DNA of 64,000 nt from Centroscyllium fabricii (lineage: Eukaryota): the NCBI GenBank assembly GCA_051313645.2, contig JBNRSN020000011.1:176080001-176144000 (forward strand). The letters are read 5' to 3'. The notes under the pieces were generated by a model. It was not told where the DNA came from. It searched no databases and saw only the letters and a list, made by a program, of their open reading frames with translations. Numbering within the stretch: the stretch's first letter is position 1; every line of letters begins with the position of its first letter. A program made the position numbers and the translations under genes. Shown here piece after piece: positions 33,228-46,803 of this stretch.

Positions 33228-34378
33228 CCCCTTACCCTTATCCTTAGACTGTGACCCCTGGTTCTGGGCTCCCCTGCCATCGGGAACATCCTTCCTGTGT
33301 CTAGTCCGGTTATAATTTTATAAGTTTCAATGAGATCCCCTCTCATTCTTCTAAACTCCAGCGAGTACAAACCCAATCGACCCAATCTCCCCTTCTACGT
33401 CATTCCTGCCATCCCAGGTATTAGCCTGGTGAACTCGCCGCCACCTTCTCGAGGGGAAATTGAGTGGGGGATTGTACCCACAACCTTCCGACTCTTAGGC
33501 AAGAGTGCTAGCAACTGAGCAAAGTTGTCATGATAACTGCCATTATCTCCCGTGCTGGCTCACCGATGCTGCTGCAGTCTTCAGACAGTTGATAAAATCA
33601 ATCTAACGGTGCACATTTCAGGCTAGAAATTTAGTTGATTTAAAAGCTTTGCAATAGATTCTAATCCTGATGCACAATTCTCAAACTGTGTACGTCGTTT
33701 GGGTATGTGTGTCTCTTTTTTTTAAATTGAAAAGATCGCTGAAGTGTAATGGGGTAGGACATTATTTTCGCTTGTCTGACCCATGTTAATACTGTTGCTG
33801 CTGCAGGCCAGTGGGTATATTCTGCACTTTCCCGTTGAGCTTCAGATAATCAGTCAGTATTGTGTGTTAAACTGCAGGGCACGGCCTGATTAATCAGCTT
33901 GTACAAGTAGGCCACAAGATGATGATGATATTGCATCTCTGTCTGTTTGATGTATTCTGTAACTCAACACAAAGTGTTGTATGTCAAAGGGCAAGGATGT
34001 TAATGGACTGTTCTTCACGAACTTTAACAGACAGGAATTGTTCCCCAGGCTTTTCGCGTCATAGCATAGGGGAAAAAACATACAAATTATTGTAAAATAT
34101 GGTCCTGGTTTTTATATGATATTAAACACTTGAAACTGATACTGTTGTGTTTTTGTTTAAACTGAACGAATGCTTTACTATCACTTGCGAATGTTGGAAT
34201 GGAGACATTTGCATTTCCCGGGGGGGCGTGGGGAAGGGGAAGAGTAAGAGAGCGATAGCAAGACTGTTCACCAACTCGGACGGGGGGTGTAAGGATAGCT
34301 GTGACTGGTGTAAAGACAGCACAGGCTTGACTTGCGTCTGACGTCACGCCCGAATGGCGGGAGCCAACGCCATCTTAG

Positions 34379-34662
34379 TGACGTATCGTCAATGAATCAA
34401 AGACGAGTAGTTACCTTAACTATAGGCTTTTATTCACTTTACAAAGGAGCTACGCTCCAGTCGAACATCGAGTACAGAATGACTCCACCTATAGGTCAGA
34501 CCCCACCTATAAGGCACTCACCTGAGGGGAGGAGTTAGAGGTGTGGCTGGCCTGACCCTGCGACAGTGTCGTTATACAAAACTATATACAATGCACCCAG
34601 CCACTATACATGCTGGTCTGCAGTGTGCTTAACTATTTACAGTGGTAATAACGGTTACCACA
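34379..34662 (-). mobile_element. Solo LTR, family A
   Basis: Reverse complement reads TGTGGTAACC...GATACGTCA, with TSD CTTAG. Confidence 0.92.
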
Positions 34663-35725
34663 CTTAGCCATGCTTCAGTTGAGGCTTGGAGTGGCAGTGT
34701 GTAAGACCTGATTAAAGAAGCTCCGTTGAAACTTAGTGTTGGCCTCCCGACTGATCTTTAAATAACATTACAGGGGGGTTCCTCGATGCTAGTTTGTTTT
34801 CGCCTCCTACAGGCAGAGCTTACAATGCACCAAGAGGAACGTTTGAACTAATTGTCCCAAGTCACAAATTGTACTCGGAATTTTCACCGAAGCACAGCCT
34901 TCTCTGCGATTGGGAATTTATTCGACGTGTAGGAAGTCATCGTTCAAACCAGGAGCTGGAACTCACTCCATAAGTAGAGTGGCTTGTTTTATCATTCCGC
35001 CTCTCCTGTCGGCGAAGTCCCTGACTGGGGTACGGTCCCTCTTGGATCACTGTTCCTGGGGCGGTGGACACACCCGCTCAGTTCCTCATTTCAAACTGTC
35101 ATACTCCGTGTGTAGGCCGAGATGACGCGTGTTGGTAGGCAACTCAACCGTGGGAGCATCGCAAGCCGGTCGGATCCAATGGCCCCCCCCCCCCCCCCAC
35201 CACCACCACCTCGCGCCTCACTCACTCATCGGAGTTACAAGATTGCGAGTAGCAATAGGGAAACCCGGCTGATTGTCGTCTTTGGAATCGGCTGACCCGG
35301 TGCAGACTGGAGAATTGCAGCTGGCATGGTGGCATAGTGGTTAGCACCGTTGCCTCACAGCGCCAGGGGCCCGGGTTCAAATCCGGCCTCGGGTGACTTT
35401 CTGTGTGGAGTTTGCACATTCTCCCCGTGTCTGCGTGGGTTTCTTCCGGGTGCTCCGGTTTCCTCCCACAGTCCAAAGATGTGCGGGTTAGGTTGATTGG
35501 TCAGGATAAATTGACCCTTGGTATTAGGGGGATTAAATATGTGGGGGTTACGGGGATAGGGTGGGATATGTGTCGGTGCAGTCTCGATGGGCTGAAATGG
35601 CCTCTATCTGCACTGTAGGGATTCTATGATGTGGCTCCGCTTCCTTGACCAACAAACCTTGGGGTGGGCAGGTTGGAGGAGGGGAAGAGAAGGCTCATTT
35701 TGAGAGTGCCTCAAGGAGACCTTAC

Positions 35726-36097
35726 TGTGTGTGTATGTGGCTATGTATGTGGCTGTGTGTGTGTGTATGTGGCTGTGTGTGTGCCTGTGTGTCTGTGTAT
35801 GTGGCTGTGTGTCTGTGTATGTGGCTGTGTGTCTGTGTATGTGGCTGTGTGTCTGTATGTGGCTCTGTGTATGTGGCTGTGGCTCTGTGTATGTGGCTGT
35901 GTATGTAGCTGTGTGTGTATGTAGCTGTGTGTGTATGTGGCTGTGTGTGTGTGTGGCTGTGTGTGTGTGTGGCTGTGTGTGTGTGTGGCTGTGTGTGTGG
36001 CTGTGTATGTGGCTGTGTGTGTATGTGGCTGTGTGTGTGGCTGTGGCTGTGTATGTGGCTGTGTGTGTATGTTGGGGGGGTGGGCTGTGTGTGTATT
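35726..36097. repeat. Degenerate (TG)n / GTGTATGTGGCT microsatellite
   Basis: Directly visible; it produces the low-complexity ORFs in this interval. Confidence 0.95.
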
Positions 36098-36630
36098 GTG
36101 GCGCCCCAATCCCCGCTCAGTGCTCCACCAAGTTAGAAACTCACAGCGGCTGACCATATCTGTGACGCAGACCCCTGGGGCAGGTAATTGAAGACCAATA
36201 CCTTCCAAGCCATCTCCTCGACAGGTTCAGCACCCTGGGGGTGGCCGTGGCACAGAGGCAGAGTGGGGATTTTCCATTCTCAGGCAGCACACCTGAATGG
36301 CGTCGACTGATTACCAAACAGCCAGATGAAGCACGGGGAATGTAACCTCAGGTGGGCCGCATTCCCTAGTTGACACTAATCACTCTGGCAGCCTTTATAT
36401 ATAGAGCACAAGGACAAAAGGAGGAGTGTACGTTGGACCTCGCTACAGAGAGGGAGCCGAACCGCTCCTCGGACTAGAGCCGCCGCCTCCTGCTCCTTGG
36501 GCGGTAAGCGACCATTGGCCCAGAAGCCTCAGATTTAAAGGAAATTCTTGAAGTGAAGCTTGTGAATATTATAGAAGATTGGAATCTGTGAAATGCATAA
36601 AAGACTGGAACCTGTGAAGCCCTGACCAGG

Positions 36631-36914
36631 TGTGGTAATCATATTACCAGTGTACATAGTTGGGTTACACCACAGACCAGTGTGTATAGTGGCTGGGTGT
36701 ATTGTATGGGGTATTGTATATAAGAACACTGTCGTCAGGTCAGGTCAGCCACACCTCTAACTCCTCCCCTCAGGTGAGAGCCTTATAGGTGAGGTCTGCC
36801 CTGCCCCCAGTCATTCTGTACTCGATGTTCAACTGGAGACTAGCTCCATCTTTAAGTTATTAAAAGCCTATAGTTAAGGTAACTACTCGTCTTTGTATTA
36901 TTGACGATACGTCA
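36631..36914 (+). mobile_element. Solo LTR, family A
   Basis: TGTGGTAATC...GATACGTCA ends with TSD CCAGG. Confidence 0.92.
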
Positions 36915-39026
36915 CCAGGAAGAACTTGAGTTGCCTTTTCTCCCCAACCCCCTTTGCCGCACCTTTTGCAAAAAAAAAATCTGAATTTTGGACTCTGGCT
37001 ACTTACTTGGTTTGGGTTTTGCTTTGTCGACCACACCCTAGCATAGCTGGGGCAGTTTACAGTGTGTGTATGTGTATGTAAGATTATTTCCCTGAATGCT
37101 GGTTTTTGTTAATGTAATGTGGTGGAGAGTGCTGTGGTGTGCTGCTGAAGTGAGCAGACATTGCTAAAGTTACTGTCTCAAGTGGTGTCATTAATATATT
37201 GCTGCGTTGTATTGCTTCATTTTAGCATGAGGGCCGTCTTTGCAAACTGCTAAGGCTGCAGTTCAGAAGGTGGTTCTGGGCAGGGAAAGTGACCCATTGT
37301 TGTGGAGGAAAAGTGCTTGTGTCCTAATCCGCCCCCCACCCCCGGCCCTCCCCAGCCTGAAGGTTGGAAGTCGATCCGTTTAAAGATCAATTGGGATAAC
37401 CTGGCACTCCATCCTTGGCAGATTACTTGCAAATGCCGGTTCAGACAAACGAAGAACTGTTGCAGCCAACGATTAAATTCCACTCATCAGTCCGGATCAT
37501 CCCCCAGCTGGTGGTGAAGTGCTCTGGGGCGGCACGGTGGCAAAGTGGTTAGCACTGTTGCCTCACAGCACTGGAGACCCGAGTTCAAATCCAGCCTCGG
37601 GTACTATCTGTGTGGAGTTTGCACATTCTCCCCGTGTCTGCGTGGGTTTCCTCCGGGTGCTCCGGTTTCCTCCCACAGTCCAAAGATGTGCAGGTTAGGT
37701 TGATTGGCCAGGATAAATTGACCCTTGGTGTTAGGGGGATTAAATATGTGGGGTTACGGGGACAGGGTGGGAGATGTGTCGGTGCAGGCTCGATAGGGAT
37801 GTGGGGAGGGGGTAGGGGCGGGGTGCTGGGTTTGGATGATCAGCCATGATCTCATTGAATGGCGGAGCAGGCTCGAAGGGCCGAATGGCCTACTCCTGCT
37901 CCTATGTTTCTATAATTGGTGTGGGACTGAGAAATCGGTGTGGGAGCTTGCTGTGCGCAAATTGGCTGCCGTGTTTCCCTCATTACAACACTGACTCCGC
38001 TTCAAAAGTACTTCATTGAGTGTAAAGCACTTTGAGGCGTCCGGTAGTCGTGAAAGGCGCAATATAAATATAAGCCTGCCTTTAGGTAGAGTTTTTCGCA
38101 AATTCACACATCAACCTTTCGATTCCTTGGAGGGTTGTTTTTTTTTCTCTCTTTTTCTGCCAATGTTTTTCCTTCCTCTCCTGAAGTCACTGACTCCATC
38201 CTAGAGGACGGCAGCGGGCACTCTCCGAAACCTCGCTCGAGGCCCGTTTTGCCTGGCGAGTGTTGGCAGGCTATTCGAGTGGTGACTGGAGCAGAGTGGG
38301 GGCCAGCCATCCACACAGTCGACCCAGTAACGAGACATAGAAACATAGAAACATAGAAGATAGGAGCAGGAGTCGGCCATTCGGCCCTTCGAGCCTGCTC
38401 CGCCATTCAATGAGATCATGGCTGATCATCCAAACCCAGTACCCTGTCCCTGCCTTCTCCCCATATCCCTCGATCCCGCACCGACACATATCCCAACCTA
38501 TCCCCGTAACCCCACGTATTCAATCCCCCTAACACTAAGGGTCAATTTATCCTGGCCAATCAACCTAACCCGCACATCTTTGGACTGTGGGAGGAAACCG
38601 GAGCACCCGGAGGAAACCCACGCAGACACGGGAAGAATGTGCAAACTCCACATAGATAGTACCCGAGGCCGGATTTGAACCTGGGTCTCTAGTGCTGTGA
38701 GGCAACAGTGCTAACCGCTATGGCACCGAATCGCCCTTGCATTGTCACAGCGCCGTTCATTACCTCGGGACGTCCCAAAGCGCTTTACAGCCAGTGACGT
38801 GCTTCTTTGAAATGTTGTAATTTTGGGAAACGCGGCAGCCAATTTGCACACCGCAACCTCCCACAAACAGTAATGAGACAATGGCCCGATAATCTGCCCT
38901 GGCTGGCTGCGGGAAGGTATTGGATAGTGATGAGGGGCAGGTGCAGTAACTAATTATCATGTTGACTAAGGAATTGTCTATCCCCGACTCGCCCTTTTTT
39001 AAAGAACAACGGGTAACATCGACATA

Positions 39027-39272
39027 ACAGAAAACGCTGGAAAAACTCAGCAGACCAGGCAGCATTGGTAAATGTTTCAGGTCGAAGACCTTTTGTCAGA
39101 ACTGGGGGGGGGGGTGGAAATAGAAAATCTATCCCCTCCTTTTTTCCCAGTTCTGAAGAAAGGTCATCGACCTGAAACGTTGACACTTCTCTCTCCACCG
39201 ATGCTGCCTGGCCTGCTGAGTTTCTCCAGCGTTTTCCTTATGTCGGGTTTCCAGCGTCTGCAGTATTTTGCT
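39027..39272. mobile_element. Penelope-like inverted cassette, family 2, with hammerhead motif
   Basis: GTT-CTGAAGA-A-AGGTC(ATC)GACCT-GAAA-CGTT-GAC at about 39150-39184, with a degenerate mirror copy at about 39070-39104. Related pieces are at about 50625-50932, 54428-54520 and 61115-61490. Confidence 0.7.
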
Positions 39273-39558
39273 ATCTGGTAATATCGATGAGTAGTTTGTA
39301 AATCAAATGCAAATTGATGTCACGGGCGATTCTAATTCATTTCTGTCCATCAATCACTTGTCAATACCAACCTCTGCAACTTCTCTGTTTTCCGCCCCCC
39401 CCCCCCCCCTCCTCCTCCTCCTAGCCCAGGGGTGTCTGATTGGCCGTCCATGTTGTCCCCGAGCCCACGCAATCCGGCCTTCGAAGCCCAGACAACTCTG
39501 CCGCGTTTGCAATTGTTTTCAATCGCTGGCTTTCAAATTGCAGCCGTGGAGTTTGCAA

Positions 39559-39762
39559 AGGACAGTTCTTCACACTTTTGCCTCATTGCTGGATAAATCG
39601 TGAATCGGAAGATCAAAATCTGTTCGCATCTGCAGCTTGAGATAGAAGGGGATTAATGGGAGTGTGGATTTACTCATTGTACCTGGCATCAATGAGCTCC
39701 AGGCATCTTTGATCTACAGAGATGAAAACCAGCAATGAGGCAAAAGTGTGAAGAACTGTCCT
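39559..39762. repeat. Perfect 34-bp inverted repeat enclosing a 136-bp spacer
   Basis: AGGACAGTTCTTCACACTTTTGCCTCATTGCTGG (39559-39592) and its reverse complement (39729-39762). Confidence 0.85.
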
Positions 39763-41677
39763 ATACTATCCACTTCAAGCTCCTTTTTATCCTTCCAGTC
39801 AAGTCCACCCTACCTCTGCAAACTTCTCCATCTTTACATCCCAGCACAAATTCTCCACCCTTCTAAGGTCTGGTCTTCTGTGCATTTTTCTGCCTCCCAC
39901 CCACCCCACAGATTTCTGCTCCACCACCAGTGACCGAGCCTCCAGCCACCATACCCGTCGCCTACAATTTTGTCCTGAAACGTCTCTTTGCACCGTCAAA
40001 AGCCTCCTCAGAACTTGCCCCTTGGGCCATGCTTTAAGGCACCCCCACCCCCCCCCCCAAACTTCCTGCTCCAGGCTGTTAACATAAGAATTTAGGAGCA
40101 GGGAGCAGGAGTCGGCCATTCAAATAAGATCATTTATGGGCGGCACGGTGGCATAGTGGTTAGCACTGTTGCCTCACAGCACTAGAGACCCGGGTTCCAA
40201 TCCGGCCTCTGGTGACTATCTGTGTGGAGTTTGCACATTCTCCCCGTGTCTGCGTGGGTTTCCTCCAGGTGCTCCGGTTTCCTCCCACAGTCCAAAGATG
40301 TGCGAGTTAGGTTGATTGGCCAGGATAAATTGACCCTTAGTATTAGGGTGATTGAATATGTGGGGTTACGGGGATAGGGCGGGATATGTGTAGGTGCAGG
40401 CTCGATAGGGATCGAGGGATATGGGGAGAGGGCAGGGGTGGCGTGCTGGGTTTGGATGATCAGCCATGATCTCATTGAATGGCGGAGCAGGCTCGAAGGG
40501 CCGAATGGCCTACTCCTGCTCCTATCTTCTATGTTTCTATCATGGCTGATCTTTGACCTTGACTCCACTTTTCTGCCACCTTTTGGGTGCTTCAATACAT
40601 TACAATGTAAGTTTTTATCGCAACCTTTCTGTTTAAACAGCTCCCACGACCCCCAAATTTCTACCTTTCCAGGATTTTGACCCAGCCACAGTGAAGGAAC
40701 GGCGATATATTTCCAAGTCAGGATGGTGTGTGACCTGGAGGGGAACTTGGAGGTGGTGGCGTTCCCATGTGCCCACTGCCCTTGTCCTTCTAGGTGGTAG
40801 AGGTCGCGGGGTTGGGCGGTGCTGCCGAAGAAGCCTTGGCGAGTTGCTGCAGTGCATCGTGCAGGTGGTACACGCTGCGCACAGGCGGTGAAGGGAGTGA
40901 ATGTTTGTTTACAACATGAGCCTGGGTGAAGTACCTGAATATTGTCATGTGCCGGTGGAATTGGATTGCAGGATGAGTTGGACCGTACGGAAGAGGGAGG
41001 GTGGAAAGTTGGGGGTGGGGGGAAATGAAACGAGAGTAAGAAAGGCAGAAAAAAATAAAACCAGATTAGAAGAGGAAAGAGCTGTTTCTGGTAAATTAGT
41101 AAATTGCTTTGGTTGTCCGCACAGTAGAAATGAAAAGTAACGTCCTTCTAATTTGGCGCGTGGTATTTTCCAGCCCCAAACGTACAAACTTTGTCATTCA
41201 CCCCAGGTCATATTCACAGCTTAGGTATTCACCTTTTTAGTCGTGTGTGTGTGTATAAAAATAAAGCCTCTTGTTGCATCGGTGCTAGATGCAACAGGTG
41301 GTTGGTGAACAGTTTTCTGTACAGTGCTGGAGGTCTGGCTATGTAGGAAATCTAATCAACACCTTCTGCAAATAATATAAGAACATGGGGCAGATGGCAT
41401 TGAGGGTGAACAATAGAGAATTCAACTTGGCTTCGGACCACTCCTGCCAGACAACAGCAAAACCGATCTTGGCCACCGACCTTCCTATACCCTCCTTCAG
41501 TGATTTACCCCCCCCCCCCCCCAACCAGCGTTGTGGCTTTGTAATGCTGCCTTGTTTTAATTCACCTTTTTTTGTTTTTAACAATGTCCTTTCCATTGCT
41601 GTGCTTCCGCCCTAATGTAGGCAGTGGGAACGGGCAGGTAACCGAGCCTCCCGAGCTCCAGGCCTTTCGCGTATGGT

Positions 41678-41881
41678 TCTTCTTCTTCGTGTCCATATAC
41701 AAAGCTATTCAGCTTATATAACGTCCAACCAGTGCTTGGTACATTGCTGTCCCTTGATGTTGTAGAGTGCTAGGTCCTTTGCTGTGCAGGGTCCACCTAA
41801 CAGAGGACATCGAAGGAGGTGCTCCATGGTCTGGGGTTCTGTGCCACAGTCACATGTGGTTGGGCCACTAAGATAACCCCA
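41678..41881 (-). mobile_element. Vingi/Ingi-like LINE 3' end
   Basis: Minus-strand WGYLSGPTTCDCGTEPQTMEHLLRCP zinc knuckle, GGACAC(GAA)n tail, and 11-bp TSD TCGCGTATGGT. Confidence 0.75.
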
Positions 41882-41983
41882 TCGCGTATGGTAATGCCCA
41901 GGAATCGGAATAAGGGCGTTGCTTGGTCAGTGAGCCTTGCCGAGTTCTTGCAGGAATAAAGACAAGTGTATCACCCTGTAACA

Positions 41984-42312
41984 AATGCAAGAAGCCACAC
42001 AACACCAGGTTATAGTCCAACAGTTTTATTTGAAATCACAAGCTTTCGGAGCGCTGCTCCTTCCTCAGGTGAAAGAGAAATTCATTTAAAGGCAGCATAT
42101 ATACAAGGGAGAGAACAATCTAATAATACAAGGGAGAGATTAGACTGCTCTCTCCCTTGTATATATGCTGTCTTTAAATGAACTTCTCTTTCGCCTGAGG
42201 AAGGAGCAGCGCTCCGAAAGCTTGCGATTTCAAATAAAACTGTTGGACTATAACCTGGTGTTGTGTGACTTCTTGCATTTGTCCACCCCAGTCCAACACC
42301 GGCACCTCCACA
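41984..42312. mobile_element. Penelope-like inverted cassette, family 1
   Basis: Inverted arms, two CUGAGGA hammerhead motifs, and 14-bp flanking duplication ATCACCCTGTAACA. Confidence 0.82.
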
Positions 42313-44127
42313 TCACCCTGTAACAGTAATTGAATTTAGTCATCCTTGGGCTGTGAGGTTCATTTACATCAGACGAGAGGACATTGAGCCAGTCAACCAA
42401 GGATTGGATATTTTAAGCTCCTTGCATTCATTCAAACTTTGAAATTGAACGGAGCGATCTGCATCCGTTAAAAGAAATGTTGCCATTTAATTCCCCCAAT
42501 CGCCTGACGGCGTTGACTCCTATGAGGGGTAGAGTTCCACGGGTGCCGGTTCTCCCCAGTACCTCGACCTTGTGGCCATTCTTCATGTGCGAAGCTGGAG
42601 TGTTGACATGCTATTTGACCTATGGTGGCACAGTGGTTAGCACTGTTACCTCACAGCACTGGAGACCCGGGTTCAAATCCAGCCTCGGGTACTATCTGTG
42701 GAGTTTGCACATTCTCCCCGTGTCTGCGTGGGTTTCCTCCGGGTGCTCCGGTTTCCTCCCACAGTCCAAAGATGTGCGGGTTAGGTTGATTGGCCATGAT
42801 AAATTGACCCTTAGTGTTAGGGGGATTGAATATGTGGGGTTACGGGGATAGGGTGGGATATGTGTCGATGCAGGCTGGAGAGGGCAAGGGTGGGGTACTG
42901 GGTTTGGATGATTAGCCATGAATGGCAGAGCAGGCTCGAAGGGCTGAATGGCCTACTCCTGCTCCTAGTTTCTATGTTTCCCAGCCATGCCCAATCCTGT
43001 GCTCCACTCATGGACGTGCGTGTGGACACTGACGGTAGGACTGGGTCAAATTCACGGTGCTGTTGTTCGGCTTCCAAGCTCTCTCGTGGAAGAATGGTTA
43101 CCTGGAGAGCTAACCGCACCGTGGACTTGTATCCCAACAAGCAGATCAAAGAAAAATTTTGAAAACACCGCATAGTAACCTCAAATGAAAGAAAAACTTG
43201 CCGCATTTCACGACCAACATCTTGTACTTTTTTTTTTGTAATCACTGTTGTCATGTGGGAAACATTGAAGGATGTTGGTTGAGGGGTAACTATTGACCAG
43301 GGCACAAGGGGGACTCTTCAAAATAGTGCCATGGCAACTTTTACATCCACCTTGAAATGGAAACCGGGGCCTCGGTTTAACATCTCTTCTGGGGGAAAAA
43401 CAGCACCTCCGGTAGTGCAGCACTCCCTCAATACTACACCAGGTGTGTCAGCCTAGATTTTGCGCACAAGTCCCTGGAGTGGGGCTTGAACCCACAACTC
43501 AGGAGAGTGTGCTGCCCACGAAGCCACAGCTGACACCTAAACGACCGGAAGTAATGAGAGCTGTGAGCTCATCCAGCGCAGAGAGAAGCCATTATATCTT
43601 TCCTAAATTTATCACTTGGTAATAAACTATTTATCAATATACATGAGTAAATGATATGGTGTTAATTGTATTAATCAGGGATAATTAGCAGTGATGTTTG
43701 GCTGACATTGTGGCCCCTCGGGATTTGAAGGCATTGTACAAAGAGTGCACTTTGCAGTCTCTCTGCTTATCCGTTTCCATCATGCTTATTTTGCATGATT
43801 ATTCTGAAAGCTAATTGTAGTAGTACAGTTGTAAAATCGGTACATTAACAAACAGACCTTCAGAGTGCCACAGTGAGAATGTGTTTTATTTGCAAACATA
43901 AAGCTGACTGCTTGTTCCTTTTCACCCTGGCCTCTGAGTCAGGAGGGTATGGATGGGCTCAAGCCCCGCTCCAGAGACATGAGCGCACAGTCTAGGCCGA
44001 CCCACCCAGTGCACTGCTGAGGGAGTGCCGCAATGTCCGAGGTGCCATCTTTGGGATGAGATGTTGGGACGTGAAATATCGCTAAGCCCTATTGAGCAGG
44101 GGAGTTCCTGGCCAATGTTTACCCCTC

Positions 44128-44415
44128 TAATGCGCGAATCAATCACGCCAGTCGTTGGTGAAAAGTAATTGAAGGCTTTTATTCACAAAGAACAGAACCT
44201 AGTCTGCGATGAGTCCGCCCGGAATGAGAGCCAGGTGGGCGGAGCATTCTCCTTTATACCCATACCCAGAGGCAGGGTCAGCCGGTCCAGGTCCTTACAG
44301 AAAGGCACAGATTTATCAACACAAACTATATACAATGATCCAGAAACAACAGACATACCAACCCAACTATATACAACAATAGCACAGTGTGAACCACACC
44401 AAATTGTTCATCACA
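44128..44415 (-). mobile_element. Solo LTR inside a Deu-SINE
   Basis: Reverse complement starts TGTGATGAAC, with TATAAA and AATAAAA motifs and TSD CCCTC. Confidence 0.82.
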
Positions 44416-44466
44416 CCCTCCACCAACATCACTTAGAACAAATTATCTGGTCATTATCACTTTATT

Positions 44467-44970
44467 AAAAAATTAAAAAAAATAAAAATATTTGTTGATG
44501 GGATGTGGGCGTCTCTGGCTGGCTAGGCCTGCATTTAATGCCCATCCCTAATTGCCCTTGAGAAGATGGTGGTGAACCGCCTTCTTGAACCGCTGCAGTC
44601 CACATGGTGTAGGTACACCCACAATGTTGCGTAGCGGTTGTTTACAACTGAGTGGCTTGCTAGGCCATTTCCGAGGGCATTAAGAGTCAACCACATTGCT
44701 GTGGGTCTGGAGTCACATGTAGGCCAGACCAGGTAAGGACGGCAGATTTCCTTCTCTAAAGGACATTAGTGAACCAGATGGGTTTTTGCAACAATCAACA
44801 ATGGTATCATGGTCGCCATTACTAAGACACATTTAATTCCAGAATTAAATTGAATTGAATTTAAATTCCACCAGCTGCCGTGGTGGGATTTGAACCCATA
44901 TCCTCAGAGCATTTGACTGAGCCTCTGGCTTACTAGTCTAGTGACATACCACTAAGCCACCGCCTCCCCA
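44467..44970 (-). mobile_element. Third tRNA-SINE family sharing its tail with the 7445-7970 LINE
   Basis: Head GGGGAGGCGGTGGCTTAGTGG...GGTTCAAATCCC and tail AAGGGCAATTAGGGATGGGC plus an A-rich end. Confidence 0.75.
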
Positions 44971-45279
44971 AACATTGCTGTTTGTGGGAGCTTGCTGTGT
45001 GCAAATTGGCTGCCCAGTTTCCCTACATTGCAACAGTGACTACACGTCAAAAACCATTTCATTGGTTGTAAAGCACTTTGGGATGCCTTGAGGTTGTGAA
45101 AGGAACAATATAAATGCCTGTTCTTCCGAGTATGAACTGACATGTCTGCAGTCGAGGATCTCGAAATCACTTTATATTGTGATGTTGCTTTGCATGAGTA
45201 ACATTAACTGCTGCTTTGTTGGAATGTTGCTGGCACTGTTAAAATCTAGTGCCAATTATTAACCATTCTCCTCTCCTAG

Positions 45280-45354
45280 GATATGATTACACACGATTTC
45301 GGACCTGCATGCTGGTACCTCAGCCCAGCAGTCATTCTCAACATGGTCTGGGCA
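45280..45354 (+). CDS. Candidate 75-nt host exon, gene unidentified
   Basis: Branch-like TTAAC, pyrimidine tract and TAG acceptor, GTGAGT donor, and a length divisible by 3. It is open as YDYTRFRTCMLVPQPSSHSQHGLG or DMITHDFGPACWYLSPAVILNMVWA and is not similar to repeats in the window. Confidence 0.45.
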
Positions 45355-45407
45355 GTGAGTGTCAGCAGGCTGTTCAACTATGGGGGCATATTTTTAGTAG
45401 GCCCAAT

Positions 45408-46356
45408 CCTGGACGAGGGAACTAGATGTAATATCTCCAAGTTTGCAGACGAGACAATGCTGGGTGGGCGTGTGTGCTGTGAGGAGGATGCCGAGAAACT
45501 CCAGTATGATTTGGACAGGTTGGGTGATTGGGCAGAAGCATGGCAGATGCAATATAATGTGGAAAAATGTGAGGTTATCCACTTTGGTGTCAAAAACAGG
45601 GAGGCAGATTATTATCTGAACGACAATAGATTGTGAGAAGGGGAAGTGCAACGAGACCTGGGTGTTCTTGTGCACCAGTCGCTGAAGGTAAGCATGCAGG
45701 TGCAGCAGACGGTTAAGAAGGCAAATGGTATGTTGGCCTTTGTAGCGAGAGGGTTGGAGTACAGGAACAAGGATGTTTTGCTGCAGTTGTACAGGGCCTT
45801 GGTGAGACCACACCTTGAGTATTGTGTGCAGTTTTGGAAGGATGTTCTTGCCATGAAGGGAGTGCAGTTAAGATTCACCAGGCTGATACCTGGGATGGCA
45901 GGAATGACGTATGAGGAGAGATTGGGTCGATTGGGCTTGTACTCGCTGGAGTTTAGAAGAATGAGCGGGGATCTCATTGAAATTTGTAAAATTCTGACAG
46001 GTCTAGACAGACTCGATGCAGGAAGGATGTTCCCGATGGTGGAGGACTCCAGAACCAGGGGTCACAGTCTAAGGATAAGGGGTGAGCCATTTTGGACAGA
46101 GATGAGGAGGAATTTCTTCACCCAGAGAGAGGTGAACCTGTGGAATTCTCTACCACAGAAGGCAGTAGAGGCCAATTCATTAAATATATTCAAGAAGGAG
46201 TTGGATATATTTCTTAAGGCTAAAGGGATCAAGGGATATGGAGAAGGCAGGAACAGGGTACTGAATTTGGATGATCAGCCATGATCTCATCGAATGGCGG
46301 AGCAGGCTCGAGGGGCCGAATGGCCTACTCCTGCTCCTATCTTCTATGTTTCTATG
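45408..46356 (+). mobile_element. 5'-truncated CR1
   Basis: KFADET...QRDLGV...RPHLEYCVQFW...RNFFTQR and the standard tail. Confidence 0.92.
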
Positions 46357-46803
46357 TCCTTGCCCAACATCCACACGCTTCATCTTTCTAGGAGGGATCA
46401 GGAGTAGGAACCCTGGGTTGATTTATATATTTCACCCTTCCCTGCCTCTCCCCAAGCCAGTGAATGGCAGCAGGCTATTCAGCCACGGAGGCCATCACAA
46501 CATGGCCCACTCCTGCATTCGGCCAACGCGAACACTTCCAGCTTTCCTGGCTGGTTCGCCGGATGCTAATCAGGAACAGAGACACAGCTCTTCCGCCTAA
46601 CTGCAGCCAGTGAGGAAGTGCTGCCTTGGCCTATGTCTGCTCACTCAGCACGGTCCAGGGATTGCACCCGGCGGGGGGGGGGAGGGGGGAGCGGGGAGAG
46701 AGGCCTATCTGGTCTGTGCAATTCCGTTGCGTACTGCCTTGACCATCCCAGGCACAGAGGTGTGTTTAGTGCTGAGGAACAGACGTATGATTCGAGGGAC
46801 GTG

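Noticed and set aside
34795-34865. Splice-acceptor-like TTTCGCCTCCTACAG
   Set aside because: No convincing donor or recognisable reading frame follows.
35645-36208. Cys/Val-rich and His/Thr-rich ORFs
   Set aside because: These are translations of the TG microsatellite.
41617-42325. Possible additional solo LTR hosting the Vingi and Penelope insertions
   Set aside because: TG...CA and AATAAA are present, but no matching TSD was found.
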